A stretch of 64,000 nucleotides of DNA from a virus: IMG/VR virus record IMGVR_UViG_3300027754_003435; one strand, given 5' to 3'. A program made the translations under genes and the position numbers. Positions 1 to 9,387 of this stretch are shown here, one piece after another. Below the pieces are notes generated by a model. The model was not told the origin of the DNA and ran no database searches. It saw only the letters and a program-made list of their open reading frames with translations. Each line of letters starts with the position of its first letter. The first letter of the stretch is position 1.

Positions 1-395
1 TCATAAAAAAGATTTTTAAGTATTTTACGAATATTATCATTGTCAGTTTTTATAGTTAAAACATCACCTTGATCATTTTTTAGTGTACTCTCATCTGCGT
101 AAATATCCAATGCAGAAGAAATTATTGCGTCGGTATCCATTGCTTCATAATCTGTATATAAGTCTATCTTAGTTGCTGAAAATGAGTTGTATTGATTGTA
201 AACAGAAATAGGTGTACCACGAGTACCATGTAGTCTACCGTAACGATCGATAACTTTTGAAGTATGAGGATTGCCATCCGCTTGATAACGAGCAGTATCC
301 ACTACTTTCAATTGTTTTCCACCAACATTGCGAACAACAACATTTGTAGAAAATAAAGTTTTAAGTCTATCAAATAATGATTTCTTTTCAGCCAT
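1..395 (-). CDS. Portal protein, T4 gp20-like (N-terminal part, runs off the left edge; not in the ORF track)
   Basis: Manual translation from ATG at 395: MAEKKSLFDRLKTLFS...LYTDYEAMDTDAIISSALDIYADESTLKNDQGDVLTIK, matching the gp20-type 'Y..M..D..I..AL.IYADE' segment; directly downstream of terL. Confidence 0.8.
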   Translation of the reverse strand, partial: MAEKKSLFDRLKTLFSTNVVVRNVGGKQLKVVDTARYQADGNPHTSKVIDRYGRLHGTRGTPISVYNQYNSFSATKIDLYTDYEAMDTDAIISSALDIYADESTLKNDQGDVLTIKTDNDNIRKILKNLFY

Positions 396-456
396 TTAGC
401 ACCTATTGTATTTATGTTTCTTATTTATATAAATATGTATTAAAAATAGTTAAACC

Positions 457-2052
457 TTATTTTATCAACCAAGTTAAATCTTCATCGTTTCCATTTACTT
501 CCATTGACCAACCATTATCGTTTCCGTTTCCAAAACCATACATTGGCTTGTGTATAGAATTCGCTTTACCAACATAATCCAAACTCATACGAGTTTGTGC
601 CATACCTTCTTTTCTTAATTTCATAGCGGTGTCTCGTACCCATAATCCTATTGCAAAAGACATTACTAAATCGTCATTATAACCACGCTGTGCTTCTGCT
701 TTTGCACCATTCCAAATGAATACATATAATTCTTCAATTAACCTTCTTGAATGAACTATTGGACCCCTTTCTCTGAAGTATGTTTCTAATTTAGAAATTA
801 GAAGTGGACGAGTTTTCGATGACGTTGTAAAACCAGGAACCATATTTTGCTTTAATTTTAAGTCATAGCCTTTTGGTAATTGTACCGATGGGTCTACATA
901 ACCATCTTCACGGTACGTATAATATAGGTTTCCATAATTTCTGTCAATTATTTGTTGAATTGCTGCCCAACCAACATTCGCATTTTCAACAACAAGTAAT
1001 GCGTCATTATACTCAGTTGCTATTGAAACTAATGTATTACCATAAGATTTCGTGTCCAACTTGCCTTTATACTCAGCAACTTGTTCTAAACTTTCAACAT
1101 CAATTACATGGAATGCGGAGTAATCGTTTCCGTCACCACGTGCAACGTCAGCAACTACAATATAATCTCTCGTTGGGTCTGGATATTTCCAAATCCATAA
1201 TGCTTCTTCACCACCACGTTTTTCGAGTGGATCCATTGTATGTGTTTGCTCATACCATTGTACCAATTCCCCATCAACAACTGCACGTCCAGAAGCTAAG
1301 AAGTTCCCATCACATTCTTGTTTAGCCATGTTTGGACCAAGTAGTATATCTTGTTCATCTCGCCATTCTTGATCACGTTCGGGATGGAGTTGCCACAATA
1401 ATTCTATTGGATTAAATCCACCCTGACCTAATTTTGCGTCTACCCATTTTTTATGATAAAAATTACCAACACCGTTTGGAGTAGAATTTATAATTGCAGA
1501 TCCACCTGTTGAAAGAGTTTGTTGTGCGGAAGCCCATATTGGTTCAATCTCTTCAATAAACGCTGCTTCATCTATCACCAAAAGTGACAACGCTTCAGAA
1601 CGTCCAGAGTCCGATGCAGCCGACGCGGCTTTAATCTGTGAACCATTATTAAAACGGAGTGATAATTTATTATCTTCTTGAACTCCTGTCTTTAACCAAC
1701 TTGGTAAATTATCATACATAACTCTAACTTTAGTTACCAAGTTTTTAGCTGTATCTTGTTTTGTAGCAATAACAAGAATATTTTTGTCATTATTAAATAA
1801 CATCATCCAAAGCGAATATCCAGCGATTAACGTAGAAATGCCTAACTGCCTTGACTTGAGTACAATGTTGTAACGGTGTTCATTGAATTCATGTAATACA
1901 TCTTCTTGGAATGGGTATAATTCAAATAACATTTTGCCACGAGTTGGATGTTGAATCTTTGCATATCGTTTCATAAAGTACGCAGGATTTTTAGCACATT
2001 TTGCATACTCGTCTTTTACAATTTCTTTAAGATTCTTTGGAATACCACTCAT
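457..2052 (-). CDS. terL: Terminase large subunit, T4 gp17-like
   Basis: Walker A KSRQLGIST, Walker B LLVIDEAAF, motif STPNG, nuclease motifs ADVARGDGNDYS and DDLVMSFAIG. Confidence 0.95.
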   Translation of the reverse strand: MSGIPKNLKEIVKDEYAKCAKNPAYFMKRYAKIQHPTRGKMLFELYPFQEDVLHEFNEHRYNIVLKSRQLGISTLIAGYSLWMMLFNNDKNILVIATKQDTAKNLVTKVRVMYDNLPSWLKTGVQEDNKLSLRFNNGSQIKAASAASDSGRSEALSLLVIDEAAFIEEIEPIWASAQQTLSTGGSAIINSTPNGVGNFYHKKWVDAKLGQGGFNPIELLWQLHPERDQEWRDEQDILLGPNMAKQECDGNFLASGRAVVDGELVQWYEQTHTMDPLEKRGGEEALWIWKYPDPTRDYIVVADVARGDGNDYSAFHVIDVESLEQVAEYKGKLDTKSYGNTLVSIATEYNDALLVVENANVGWAAIQQIIDRNYGNLYYTYREDGYVDPSVQLPKGYDLKLKQNMVPGFTTSSKTRPLLISKLETYFRERGPIVHSRRLIEELYVFIWNGAKAEAQRGYNDDLVMSFAIGLWVRDTAMKLRKEGMAQTRMSLDYVGKANSIHKPMYGFGNGNDNGWSMEVNGNDEDLTWLIK

Positions 2053-2438
2053 TTAGTAACCAATATTATTGAAATCACAGTTGCGGCTCCACTCATAAAC
2101 CACAATAATTTATTATCGTACCAACGTGGTTGTAATTCATCCACAGTTCTTTGTAGTGCATCGGATTGAATTCTACAAGCATCAAACGCTTTTTGGCGAT
2201 TCGATAACATTAAATTATACCAATTAACTCTTGTTTTATGTAAATCAATCAAAGTGTCTTGTTCACTTACTATCAATTTCAAATAATCAATTGAATCCTT
2301 TAATGTCTGTATTTTATTAGCAAGAATTGTAATTTCTATTTTGTTGAAGCAAACAACAGAATCTATTTTTTTAATAGTTTCTTTTTCCTTAGAAAACATA
2401 ATTGTAGTTGCAAATAAAAAAACTAATATATATTTCAT
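2049..2438 (-). CDS. Secreted/membrane coiled-coil protein, possibly spanin-like
   Basis: Hydrophobic N-terminus, central coiled coil, C-terminal hydrophobic helix (LLWFMSGAATVISIILV). Confidence 0.4.
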   Translation of the reverse strand: MKYILVFLFATTIMFSKEKETIKKIDSVVCFNKIEITILANKIQTLKDSIDYLKLIVSEQDTLIDLHKTRVNWYNLMLSNRQKAFDACRIQSDALQRTVDELQPRWYDNKLLWFMSGAATVISIILVTK

Positions 2439-2441
2439 AAC

Positions 2442-2774
2442 TTACTCTTTTATAAAATTCTGAATGTACTTTGTTGCTGAATCTGGATTATTGATTTTCG
2501 GTGTTTTAAATATATAAAAGTTTTTCTTAATATATTTTACCTTCTCGGTTTGCGACTTTATAATCGAATCTAATCTATCAGAGTGTTCTTTTAGAATTAT
2601 GTACTCCGCTTGATACATTTGAATTACACCTTCCAAACTATCTTTTGTTTTTGTGTATTGTTTAATTTCTTCTGCTGAATTCTGTGTGTCCTTAAACATA
2701 TAGAATACAAATAACAAACCAACTAAAGTTGCAACTCCCTTTAGAATCCATTCTAATCTTTTATCTGCTTCCAT
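2442..2774 (-). CDS. N-terminal TM plus coiled-coil protein, possibly inner-membrane spanin-like
   Basis: Single N-terminal TM (VATLVGLLFVFYMF) followed by heptad-rich helix. Confidence 0.4.
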   Translation of the reverse strand: MEADKRLEWILKGVATLVGLLFVFYMFKDTQNSAEEIKQYTKTKDSLEGVIQMYQAEYIILKEHSDRLDSIIKSQTEKVKYIKKNFYIFKTPKINNPDSATKYIQNFIKE

Positions 2775-2776
2775 AA

Positions 2777-3121
2777 CTAACCTTCTGTATAAGTTGAAAC
2801 CATTTTTGCCTTTCCACGTTCAGTTGAACCATATTTTCTTTTACGTGTTACTGCACTTTTCTTTTGTTTTGAAGTCATTGATGTTGCTTTACTTGCAGGT
2901 ACACATTTTGGATATGCTCGCTTTCCACCTTTTCTTGACTTACTTCCAGCGGAATCACCACATGGTGGATGCCCACCTTTTTTGCTTTTACGTGAAATAT
3001 CAATCCATTTTTCTTTAAACCATTTGGAAAGGCCACCTTTTGGCTTCTTACCTTCCATTAAATAGTTTACCACATACTCACGTATTATTTTCTTTGTTAT
3101 ATTTTTTTGATTTTCATTCAT
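2777..3121 (-). CDS. Small basic T4-like phage protein (WFKEKW / PCG / YPKCVP family)
   Basis: Lys/Arg-rich domain with two conserved-looking Cys, preceded by a leader ending YLME. Confidence 0.6.
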   Translation of the reverse strand: MNENQKNITKKIIREYVVNYLMEGKKPKGGLSKWFKEKWIDISRKSKKGGHPPCGDSAGSKSRKGGKRAYPKCVPASKATSMTSKQKKSAVTRKRKYGSTERGKAKMVSTYTEG

Positions 3122-3139
3122 GTATATAAATATAAAGTT

Positions 3140-3679
3140 TTATATTATCCCAACCCAATCGCTAGTTAAATTCGTAGGAGGCGTTCCTGTAACAATCCCA
3201 CTATAAGTTCCTTTAATTGTGGTTTGATGTTTTATCATTGCTGTAGTTAGAATACCTAAAAATCTATCAGTTATTCCCTGAATAAACGCAAATCGTAAAT
3301 CGTTTGTAAGTGAACCAATGTCACCTGGATAAGTTACTTTAGTTCCTTTTACTGGAATTGACATCGGTGCTAGTGCAGGTAATGGCGTAAATACGGCAGA
3401 TGCCCAATATCCACATATACCTATTGCAAATAATTTATAAGTAATTTCTCCTGCAAATCCTCTACCATCAGACATATTTGCTGCAAACGCTTTATTAATA
3501 GAATCTTCTAAAAAACTTTTATTTGCAGAAACTAATTTTGAACCAAATATCGTACCACTCATACCAACATTAGACAAATTATATGCAGTTGCAAATAACT
3601 CAGCAAATTGAGTAGTATCTTTGGGCAATGTACCTTCTATTGCTGGTTTTAATAGATTTTTAAATAATTCTTTATTCAT
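3140..3679 (-). CDS. Hypothetical protein
   Basis: 179-aa ORF packed in the operon. Confidence 0.6.
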   Translation of the reverse strand: MNKELFKNLLKPAIEGTLPKDTTQFAELFATAYNLSNVGMSGTIFGSKLVSANKSFLEDSINKAFAANMSDGRGFAGEITYKLFAIGICGYWASAVFTPLPALAPMSIPVKGTKVTYPGDIGSLTNDLRFAFIQGITDRFLGILTTAMIKHQTTIKGTYSGIVTGTPPTNLTSDWVGII

Positions 3680-3682
3680 AAC

Positions 3683-4258
3683 TTATGTTTTATCTATTGC
3701 ACCTTTGCCAGATGATGGCCACCCAAAACGGCATGACCAATATCTCGCTTTATCTCTTGGGCCAGGTGATTGACAATTGTGCCTTGAACGAAACGCTTTT
3801 CTACGAGTAGGGTTACTTTTCTTTATACGCATTGTTTTTTCACCGCCTTTTCCTTTATGTCCAAAGTTTACTTTTACTATATTTCCGTTTGGTTTTCTTA
3901 CATAAACAGAAAATTTCTTTGGTCCACCTGGTGTTCTGAATGGTTTACCAAGTGAAACTTTTCTTCCACGGTATTTTGCTTCTGTTAAATTTTCTTTTGT
4001 ACCTTCACCGAGTTTGAAATGTAATTCAACAATTGAATCACTACAATCAGTTGCAAATCCTTCTAATGTATATTGCGGATTTTGAATAGTTTCCTTAACA
4101 GTTCTATATCCTCCGCCTGCTTTTTTGTATGCTTTTACTAATGCAGCGGAAGCATACGCACTTGGCCATACCTTAAATCTTTTTTTAACACGAGATTTTA
4201 TACTAGAGTATAATTTCTTGTTAGTTGGTACTGCTCGCTCTACTATTAACTGTTTCAT
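3683..4258 (-). CDS. Two-domain basic T4-like phage protein (WPSAYAS domain plus KVNFG...RHNC...ARYWSC domain)
   Basis: Start placed at ATG 4258 (GGAG 6 nt upstream); two basic modules separated by an acidic spacer. Confidence 0.6.
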   Translation of the reverse strand: MKQLIVERAVPTNKKLYSSIKSRVKKRFKVWPSAYASAALVKAYKKAGGGYRTVKETIQNPQYTLEGFATDCSDSIVELHFKLGEGTKENLTEAKYRGRKVSLGKPFRTPGGPKKFSVYVRKPNGNIVKVNFGHKGKGGEKTMRIKKSNPTRRKAFRSRHNCQSPGPRDKARYWSCRFGWPSSGKGAIDKT

Positions 4259-4862
4259 TCTGTTCTCCATTTTCCAACTTTGCAATAAAGTTTTTTCTAA
4301 ACTCTTCAAATTCCTTTTCTATTTTTTCTAATAATTCATCTTTACTTATTGGAACATTCCATTTTTCAGAATCACCGAAAGAATTAGCAAAATCTACTTT
4401 AGACAATTCCTCTGCTACTACATTTTTATCTCTCTCTGCTTCAACTAACCACGCTAATGCGTTTTCTTTTACTTTTCTGTTTTCATATTCATCCCACTTA
4501 CCTTCTAAACGAATTTTATGTTCCATATCAATTGCACAATCAAAACACATTCCATGAATAGTTCTCATTTTTTCATCCAATCGCTTTGGCATTGAACAAG
4601 TACAAGTTTCTTTTGGACAATTTTTGAATGTAGTTAAATACTGATGTAATTCTTGTTGCCATTGTTTTCCAAGTTTTACTTTGTATCCATTCTTTTGTTC
4701 CCATTCATTTCCATCAGAATCAAACCATTTATCACCAACTTTTCTTGTTTCTGTATCTTCTAATTTTTCACCTACATAACCGATTTGAACTTTATTCTGA
4801 CTATCGTGTTCACCTGCAAGAAGTTTTTTAACATCTTGTATATTCTCAATTTTTATTTCCAT
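4221..4862 (-). CDS. Hypothetical protein with Cys cluster (CPKETCTC...CFDC)
   Basis: ORF track; possible metal-binding motif. Confidence 0.6.
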   Translation of the reverse strand: MEIKIENIQDVKKLLAGEHDSQNKVQIGYVGEKLEDTETRKVGDKWFDSDGNEWEQKNGYKVKLGKQWQQELHQYLTTFKNCPKETCTCSMPKRLDEKMRTIHGMCFDCAIDMEHKIRLEGKWDEYENRKVKENALAWLVEAERDKNVVAEELSKVDFANSFGDSEKWNVPISKDELLEKIEKEFEEFRKNFIAKLENGEQNETVNSRASSTN

Positions 4863-4884
4863 AACATAACCTTTTATTACTTTA

Positions 4885-7176
4885 TTAACTTTTATCTATG
4901 ATTTGATAAACTGTTTTTATAAATCTTTTCTTAACTGGATCATTTGGGCTATTACCCATTTCCTTGAAAAACGCATTGTAATATTTTTTTAGTGCGTCTG
5001 ATGCATCAGGTGGTATTTCATTGTATTGTAACATTTTCAATATTGATTTATCAGTTTCCATTGGAAAATTCGATCTCATTTGTTCTACAAATTCTTCTGC
5101 ATGAGCACCAATTTCCATAGTATCAGACAAATATGTTTTCCAAAAATTTGGATCATCTTGCGATAAACGATTATATGTGGTCGGCTTAATTGTAAAAGAA
5201 TTTAAAAATTCCTTTACTCTTTGTACATAATGTATCAACTCATGTGCAATAGCAGGTAAAAATACTTTCTTAACAAATTCTGATATTATACTATCAACGG
5301 AAGTTTCAATTGAACCACGCTTTGCAAGTTGTATCTTTACAAAGAATGGAACAAATTCAAGTGTGAAATATATTGCAAATTCCATATTATCCAAAGGGTT
5401 AGCACCAGAAGTCCCCATCGAAGCACCGCCAGAGAACTCATCACTATTTGTAGAAAATTGTGTCAACTCAGAATTAAATTTTGTATAATTTATTTTATTG
5501 TTTAATTCATATTCTGAATCAAAATCGGTATCAAGTAAATGTTCTATTTCCAAAGAGAATCCTGCATTTTCTTTATCTTTACCATTTTTAAGACAATACT
5601 GTAAAACTTTTGTTATTTCAGGAAATTTGGCATCAAGCGAACCTCCAAGTTCAATATTAACAGATTGTAATTTAATACTATTAGAAATTTTTTCACCATA
5701 TTTTTTAATATAGTCTTCGTTTCTAATCCAACGGTTTACAATTGATGTAATATATTGTTGATTTTCAAGTCCAGATTCGGTTTTAGAAACTATAATACTC
5801 TTAAATCCATTAAAACTAGAATCTAATCGTATTAAATCAGCAATTTCCGTAAAAAGTTCTATGGCAACTGGTTCTATTTCTTTCAATAAACCAGTCGGTA
5901 ATGTTGCTACTTCATTTATTTGTTCTACTTCTTCTGTTATAACAGATTCAAATACTTTATCATATTTAATATCTTCAATAGTTATAGAATCATCATTAAA
6001 TAATATATAATCATTCCAATTATTACTTATCCTATTTTTTAAACCATCAACGCCATTATTAAATAAAAATAAAGAAGCGTATTTATCACCACCTAAAATT
6101 CTTGATAAAGTTTTGTAAAATAACCAACCACTATAAGCAAACTTAACAACTTCATCAGAATTTTTACCATACCCCTTAATTGATTCTACAATTTTATTAA
6201 CTATATCTTCTTCAACTGGATTCTGTGTGTCTATTAAAACATATTCTTTTTTATCTTTAAAAAGTTTTACTTTATATAAGTAATCACCGTACTGATTGTG
6301 TGGTATATTATCAGAAAAATAAAGCCCATATCCATATCTTTGTCTATTACTATCAACACTAACATTTGATATATCAAACTTATGAAGATTTTTTGAACTT
6401 CTGTGATAAGCTATTATTTCTTCTGTTATAACAGATTCATATACTTTATCCCAAAACTTTTTTGTTATCATGTGAAGTGGTCTTAACTCGCCTTTCTTTT
6501 TCTTTTTTACTTCAATCATTTCACCGCGTTTTACATTCATTCTTGCAACAACTGTATTAAAAATCTGAGCATCAAACCAACCAAAAATAGAAATAAAACG
6601 AGATTTTAATTCTGTTAGTTTAGCAGTTCTATCACCCAATGCTTTTTGAATATTTTCTTGATTCATTTGTCCAAAGCTGGGTATATTATAAACAACATGA
6701 TTTGTAATTACATAATATAAATAAGGATTTTGAATATCTTTATAAGGTAAATTAGAAGCCTTATTATACTTAGTTAACCGCTTGAATTCATTTAATTTAC
6801 CGATATTATCTTTTCCAACTGCGTATATAACTACCGTATGTGTTGAATCGAAGTCTTCTAATAATTCAAGTGGATTATAAGGATTTGTTGTTTTAATAAC
6901 ATTCTTTACATTATGACGTTTCATTATAGCGTTTTTTTCTGCAAACGTAAGTGGTTTTCTAATAGCGTCTTGCATATCATCGGTAACAATATACACACTA
7001 TCTGAACCAAATCTACGGCATAATCTATCATATTCTTCTTTATGGTGCAAAGCCATTGGATTAAAAGTACCTGGATATAAAACAATAATCTGTTTATCTA
7101 CCAAATCATTTTCATTGAAGATAGCAAGATTCATTTCTTTTATTAATTGTAATACTTTATTTTTCACTTTATGCAT
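4885..7176 (-). CDS. Polyvalent protein: cytidylyltransferase-like (HIGH-type) + ADP-ribosyltransferase-like + zincin metallopeptidase
   Basis: LYPGTFNPMALHH (HIGH variant); AYHRSS...F...GYGLYFS...GVDG...YILF (ART-like); HELIHYVQ...Y...EIGAHAEE (HExxH zincin). Confidence 0.7.
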   Translation of the reverse strand: MHKVKNKVLQLIKEMNLAIFNENDLVDKQIIVLYPGTFNPMALHHKEEYDRLCRRFGSDSVYIVTDDMQDAIRKPLTFAEKNAIMKRHNVKNVIKTTNPYNPLELLEDFDSTHTVVIYAVGKDNIGKLNEFKRLTKYNKASNLPYKDIQNPYLYYVITNHVVYNIPSFGQMNQENIQKALGDRTAKLTELKSRFISIFGWFDAQIFNTVVARMNVKRGEMIEVKKKKKGELRPLHMITKKFWDKVYESVITEEIIAYHRSSKNLHKFDISNVSVDSNRQRYGYGLYFSDNIPHNQYGDYLYKVKLFKDKKEYVLIDTQNPVEEDIVNKIVESIKGYGKNSDEVVKFAYSGWLFYKTLSRILGGDKYASLFLFNNGVDGLKNRISNNWNDYILFNDDSITIEDIKYDKVFESVITEEVEQINEVATLPTGLLKEIEPVAIELFTEIADLIRLDSSFNGFKSIIVSKTESGLENQQYITSIVNRWIRNEDYIKKYGEKISNSIKLQSVNIELGGSLDAKFPEITKVLQYCLKNGKDKENAGFSLEIEHLLDTDFDSEYELNNKINYTKFNSELTQFSTNSDEFSGGASMGTSGANPLDNMEFAIYFTLEFVPFFVKIQLAKRGSIETSVDSIISEFVKKVFLPAIAHELIHYVQRVKEFLNSFTIKPTTYNRLSQDDPNFWKTYLSDTMEIGAHAEEFVEQMRSNFPMETDKSILKMLQYNEIPPDASDALKKYYNAFFKEMGNSPNDPVKKRFIKTVYQIIDKS
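5929..5961. repeat. 33-nt direct repeat copy 1 (encodes DKVFESVITEE; contains palindrome TCTGTTATAACAGA)
   Basis: 32/33 identical to 6418-6450; copies 489 nt apart, in frame. Confidence 0.95.
6418..6450. repeat. 33-nt direct repeat copy 2 (encodes DKVYESVITEE)
   Basis: 32/33 identical to 5929-5961. Confidence 0.95.
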
Positions 7177-7621
7177 CCGGTGGATTTGGCCATTCTATTG
7201 AAAATGGGTTAGATTGGGTAGTTATATCACGTAATTCTTGACGATATATTTGCCATTCCGTTTGTTTTTGATTTACTAACGGTGAGTCTGCTAATTGTGT
7301 CCAATCAGACTCTAATAATTTTTCGTTTCTAATATTTCTAATTGAATTCCATTGCACATTTATATTGTTTTGAATTTCTTCTTCGGTTTTGTTACGAACT
7401 TTTTGATACTCAACAACTTCTGTTTCTTCAATTACAATATCACTGCCGTCATAAACCTGGTTTCCGTTAATATTTGCAGTAACAAATCTATATGGATACC
7501 AACCGTATTGTTTTACAGTCTCAGAATCTAACACATGAAAATTGGAAATATTTGCCCAAATAGTAGGAAGTGGACTTGGATTGCCTATAATTTTATTGTT
7601 TTCTACTAATATATAATCCAT
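7169..7621 (-). CDS. Phage tail (fibre) assembly chaperone-like protein
   Basis: C-terminal WNSIRNIRNEKLLESDWTQLADSP...WQIYRQELRDIT...WP motif; likely start ATG 7621. Confidence 0.8.
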   Translation of the reverse strand: MDYILVENNKIIGNPSPLPTIWANISNFHVLDSETVKQYGWYPYRFVTANINGNQVYDGSDIVIEETEVVEYQKVRNKTEEEIQNNINVQWNSIRNIRNEKLLESDWTQLADSPLVNQKQTEWQIYRQELRDITTQSNPFSIEWPNPPDA

Positions 7622-7679
7622 TGATAATTCCGATTTATTTGAAATATGATACAATTATAAATATGTATAATATTTTTTA

Positions 7680-8315
7680 TTATACTATTTTCTCCCATAC
7701 CAAAAACTTTATGTCAAATCTTCTTGGATACGGATGTTCTGCGACTAATCTGAATTTCTTTGATATTATTTCATCTACTTTTATACCGTCATCATCCCAA
7801 TATATTAATCCAGAATTTTTTTCATCAATTCCAATTGGTATAAACCGTTTTTTCTCATTTACGGACATAAATTTACCACCCAATTTTAGAGAATTATAAA
7901 TAAAATCAATATCTTGCTCCGGTGTTGGACTGTGTTGTATAACATATATTGCTGTAATTAAATCAAATTTATCTAAAAATTGTTTTTGTTTTTCATCTGA
8001 TAACGGTGTATGTATAGGTATAAATTTTTTACTCTGTACATATTCTACTGCACTATTCAGCATAGGTTTACTAAAATCAAAACCATAAACTTCACACCCC
8101 AAATTACTTATAAGACCCTTTGGTATTCTACCAACACCACATCCAAAATCACCAACAACACAATAATTATAAGCATAAAAATTTTCTAATATCGTTCTAA
8201 TAGTGACTTCTGTTTCCATATCAAATTTATATGACACACCCGGTTCTGGTGAAAGACATATATCTTTAGCATGACCAATATCTCTCGGATAAAATGCTTC
8301 AATAACATAATTCAT
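7680..8315 (-). CDS. Class I SAM-dependent methyltransferase
   Basis: Motif I VGDFGCGVGRI, YGFDFSKPML, FDLITAIYVIQH. Confidence 0.85.
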   Translation of the reverse strand: MNYVIEAFYPRDIGHAKDICLSPEPGVSYKFDMETEVTIRTILENFYAYNYCVVGDFGCGVGRIPKGLISNLGCEVYGFDFSKPMLNSAVEYVQSKKFIPIHTPLSDEKQKQFLDKFDLITAIYVIQHSPTPEQDIDFIYNSLKLGGKFMSVNEKKRFIPIGIDEKNSGLIYWDDDGIKVDEIISKKFRLVAEHPYPRRFDIKFLVWEKIV

Positions 8316-8318
8316 ATA

Positions 8319-9335
8319 TTACCTTTTTAAAAAATCTTTCGTAGTATCAACCAATTCATTACGAATTTCCTCAAATATGTCTTCCCATACACCATATTTT
8401 TTTTGTTTAAATAGTGTAACTGAGTTATACCAATTTGATTTATTTCCAGGAACTACCCACGTGTAATACGGCATTATAGGTGTAACAACCCATGTATTTA
8501 TCCCCATAGCAGCTGATAGATGTGCAACAGATGTACATGATGTTATTATTAAATCACAATCGGCTATTATATTCGCAGTATCTTCCCAAGAATTCATTGC
8601 ATTCCGCATATCAGCAAATGGTAGTCCGTCTATACAATTTTCATCACGTTGTAATGAATAAAAAGTTGTATTTGGCGTATTATATAAATTTATCATTAAT
8701 TCTGGTGGGAATCTTCTATGTTGTTCATCTTCAAATTTAGAATTTCCACTCCAACGAATACCAACTTTTAATGTTTGTTCTTTTGCAAAAAGTTTTTTTG
8801 GATTTTTTGATGTGATATATGGTAATCCATCTAAATCGTCATATTGCATGTTTAATATATATGGAGCAGACATTGCAGGTATCCAATAGTCATAATAAAT
8901 GCCTAATACGACTTCGTTATCTATACAAATATATCCATGACGAGAAAATAATTCTTTTAATTCTGGCGTACATGATATTAAAACCCTTGCACCCATTTCT
9001 TTAAATATTTTAGCAAAACGAAAGTTAAGAATTTGATCTCCATAACCACCCTCACACCTGAAAAGGAGTGTTTTATTTTCTAATGGTTCATCTTTCCAAA
9101 TTTTACCCGATATTGCTGGTAAGCCAAATACATCAATGTATCTACCATAATTGAAATATTCAAAAGCTTTTTTCATATTACGATGACGCATTTCATGCCA
9201 ACCTAAATTAAAAAGAACTCTTAAATCATCTTGTGGCTGACTGCGTAGTATATCTTCGCTAATATCCACATTTCCATTTTGAGACGCTTGTAAAGCCATA
9301 TCTAATGGATGCATTATTTTCTTTTCCATATACAA
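8319..9335 (-). CDS. TPR + GT-B glycosyltransferase (GT9/RfaF-like)
   Basis: Short TPR-like N-terminus; EGGYGDQILNFRF, VGIRWSG, EDTANIIADCDLIITSCTSVAHLSAAMG. Confidence 0.75.
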   Translation of the reverse strand: MYMEKKIMHPLDMALQASQNGNVDISEDILRSQPQDDLRVLFNLGWHEMRHRNMKKAFEYFNYGRYIDVFGLPAISGKIWKDEPLENKTLLFRCEGGYGDQILNFRFAKIFKEMGARVLISCTPELKELFSRHGYICIDNEVVLGIYYDYWIPAMSAPYILNMQYDDLDGLPYITSKNPKKLFAKEQTLKVGIRWSGNSKFEDEQHRRFPPELMINLYNTPNTTFYSLQRDENCIDGLPFADMRNAMNSWEDTANIIADCDLIITSCTSVAHLSAAMGINTWVVTPIMPYYTWVVPGNKSNWYNSVTLFKQKKYGVWEDIFEEIRNELVDTTKDFLKR

Positions 9336-9387
9336 AACCTTTTATTAAAAAATACAATATAAAGATTTTTATCAAAAAAACAAAAAA

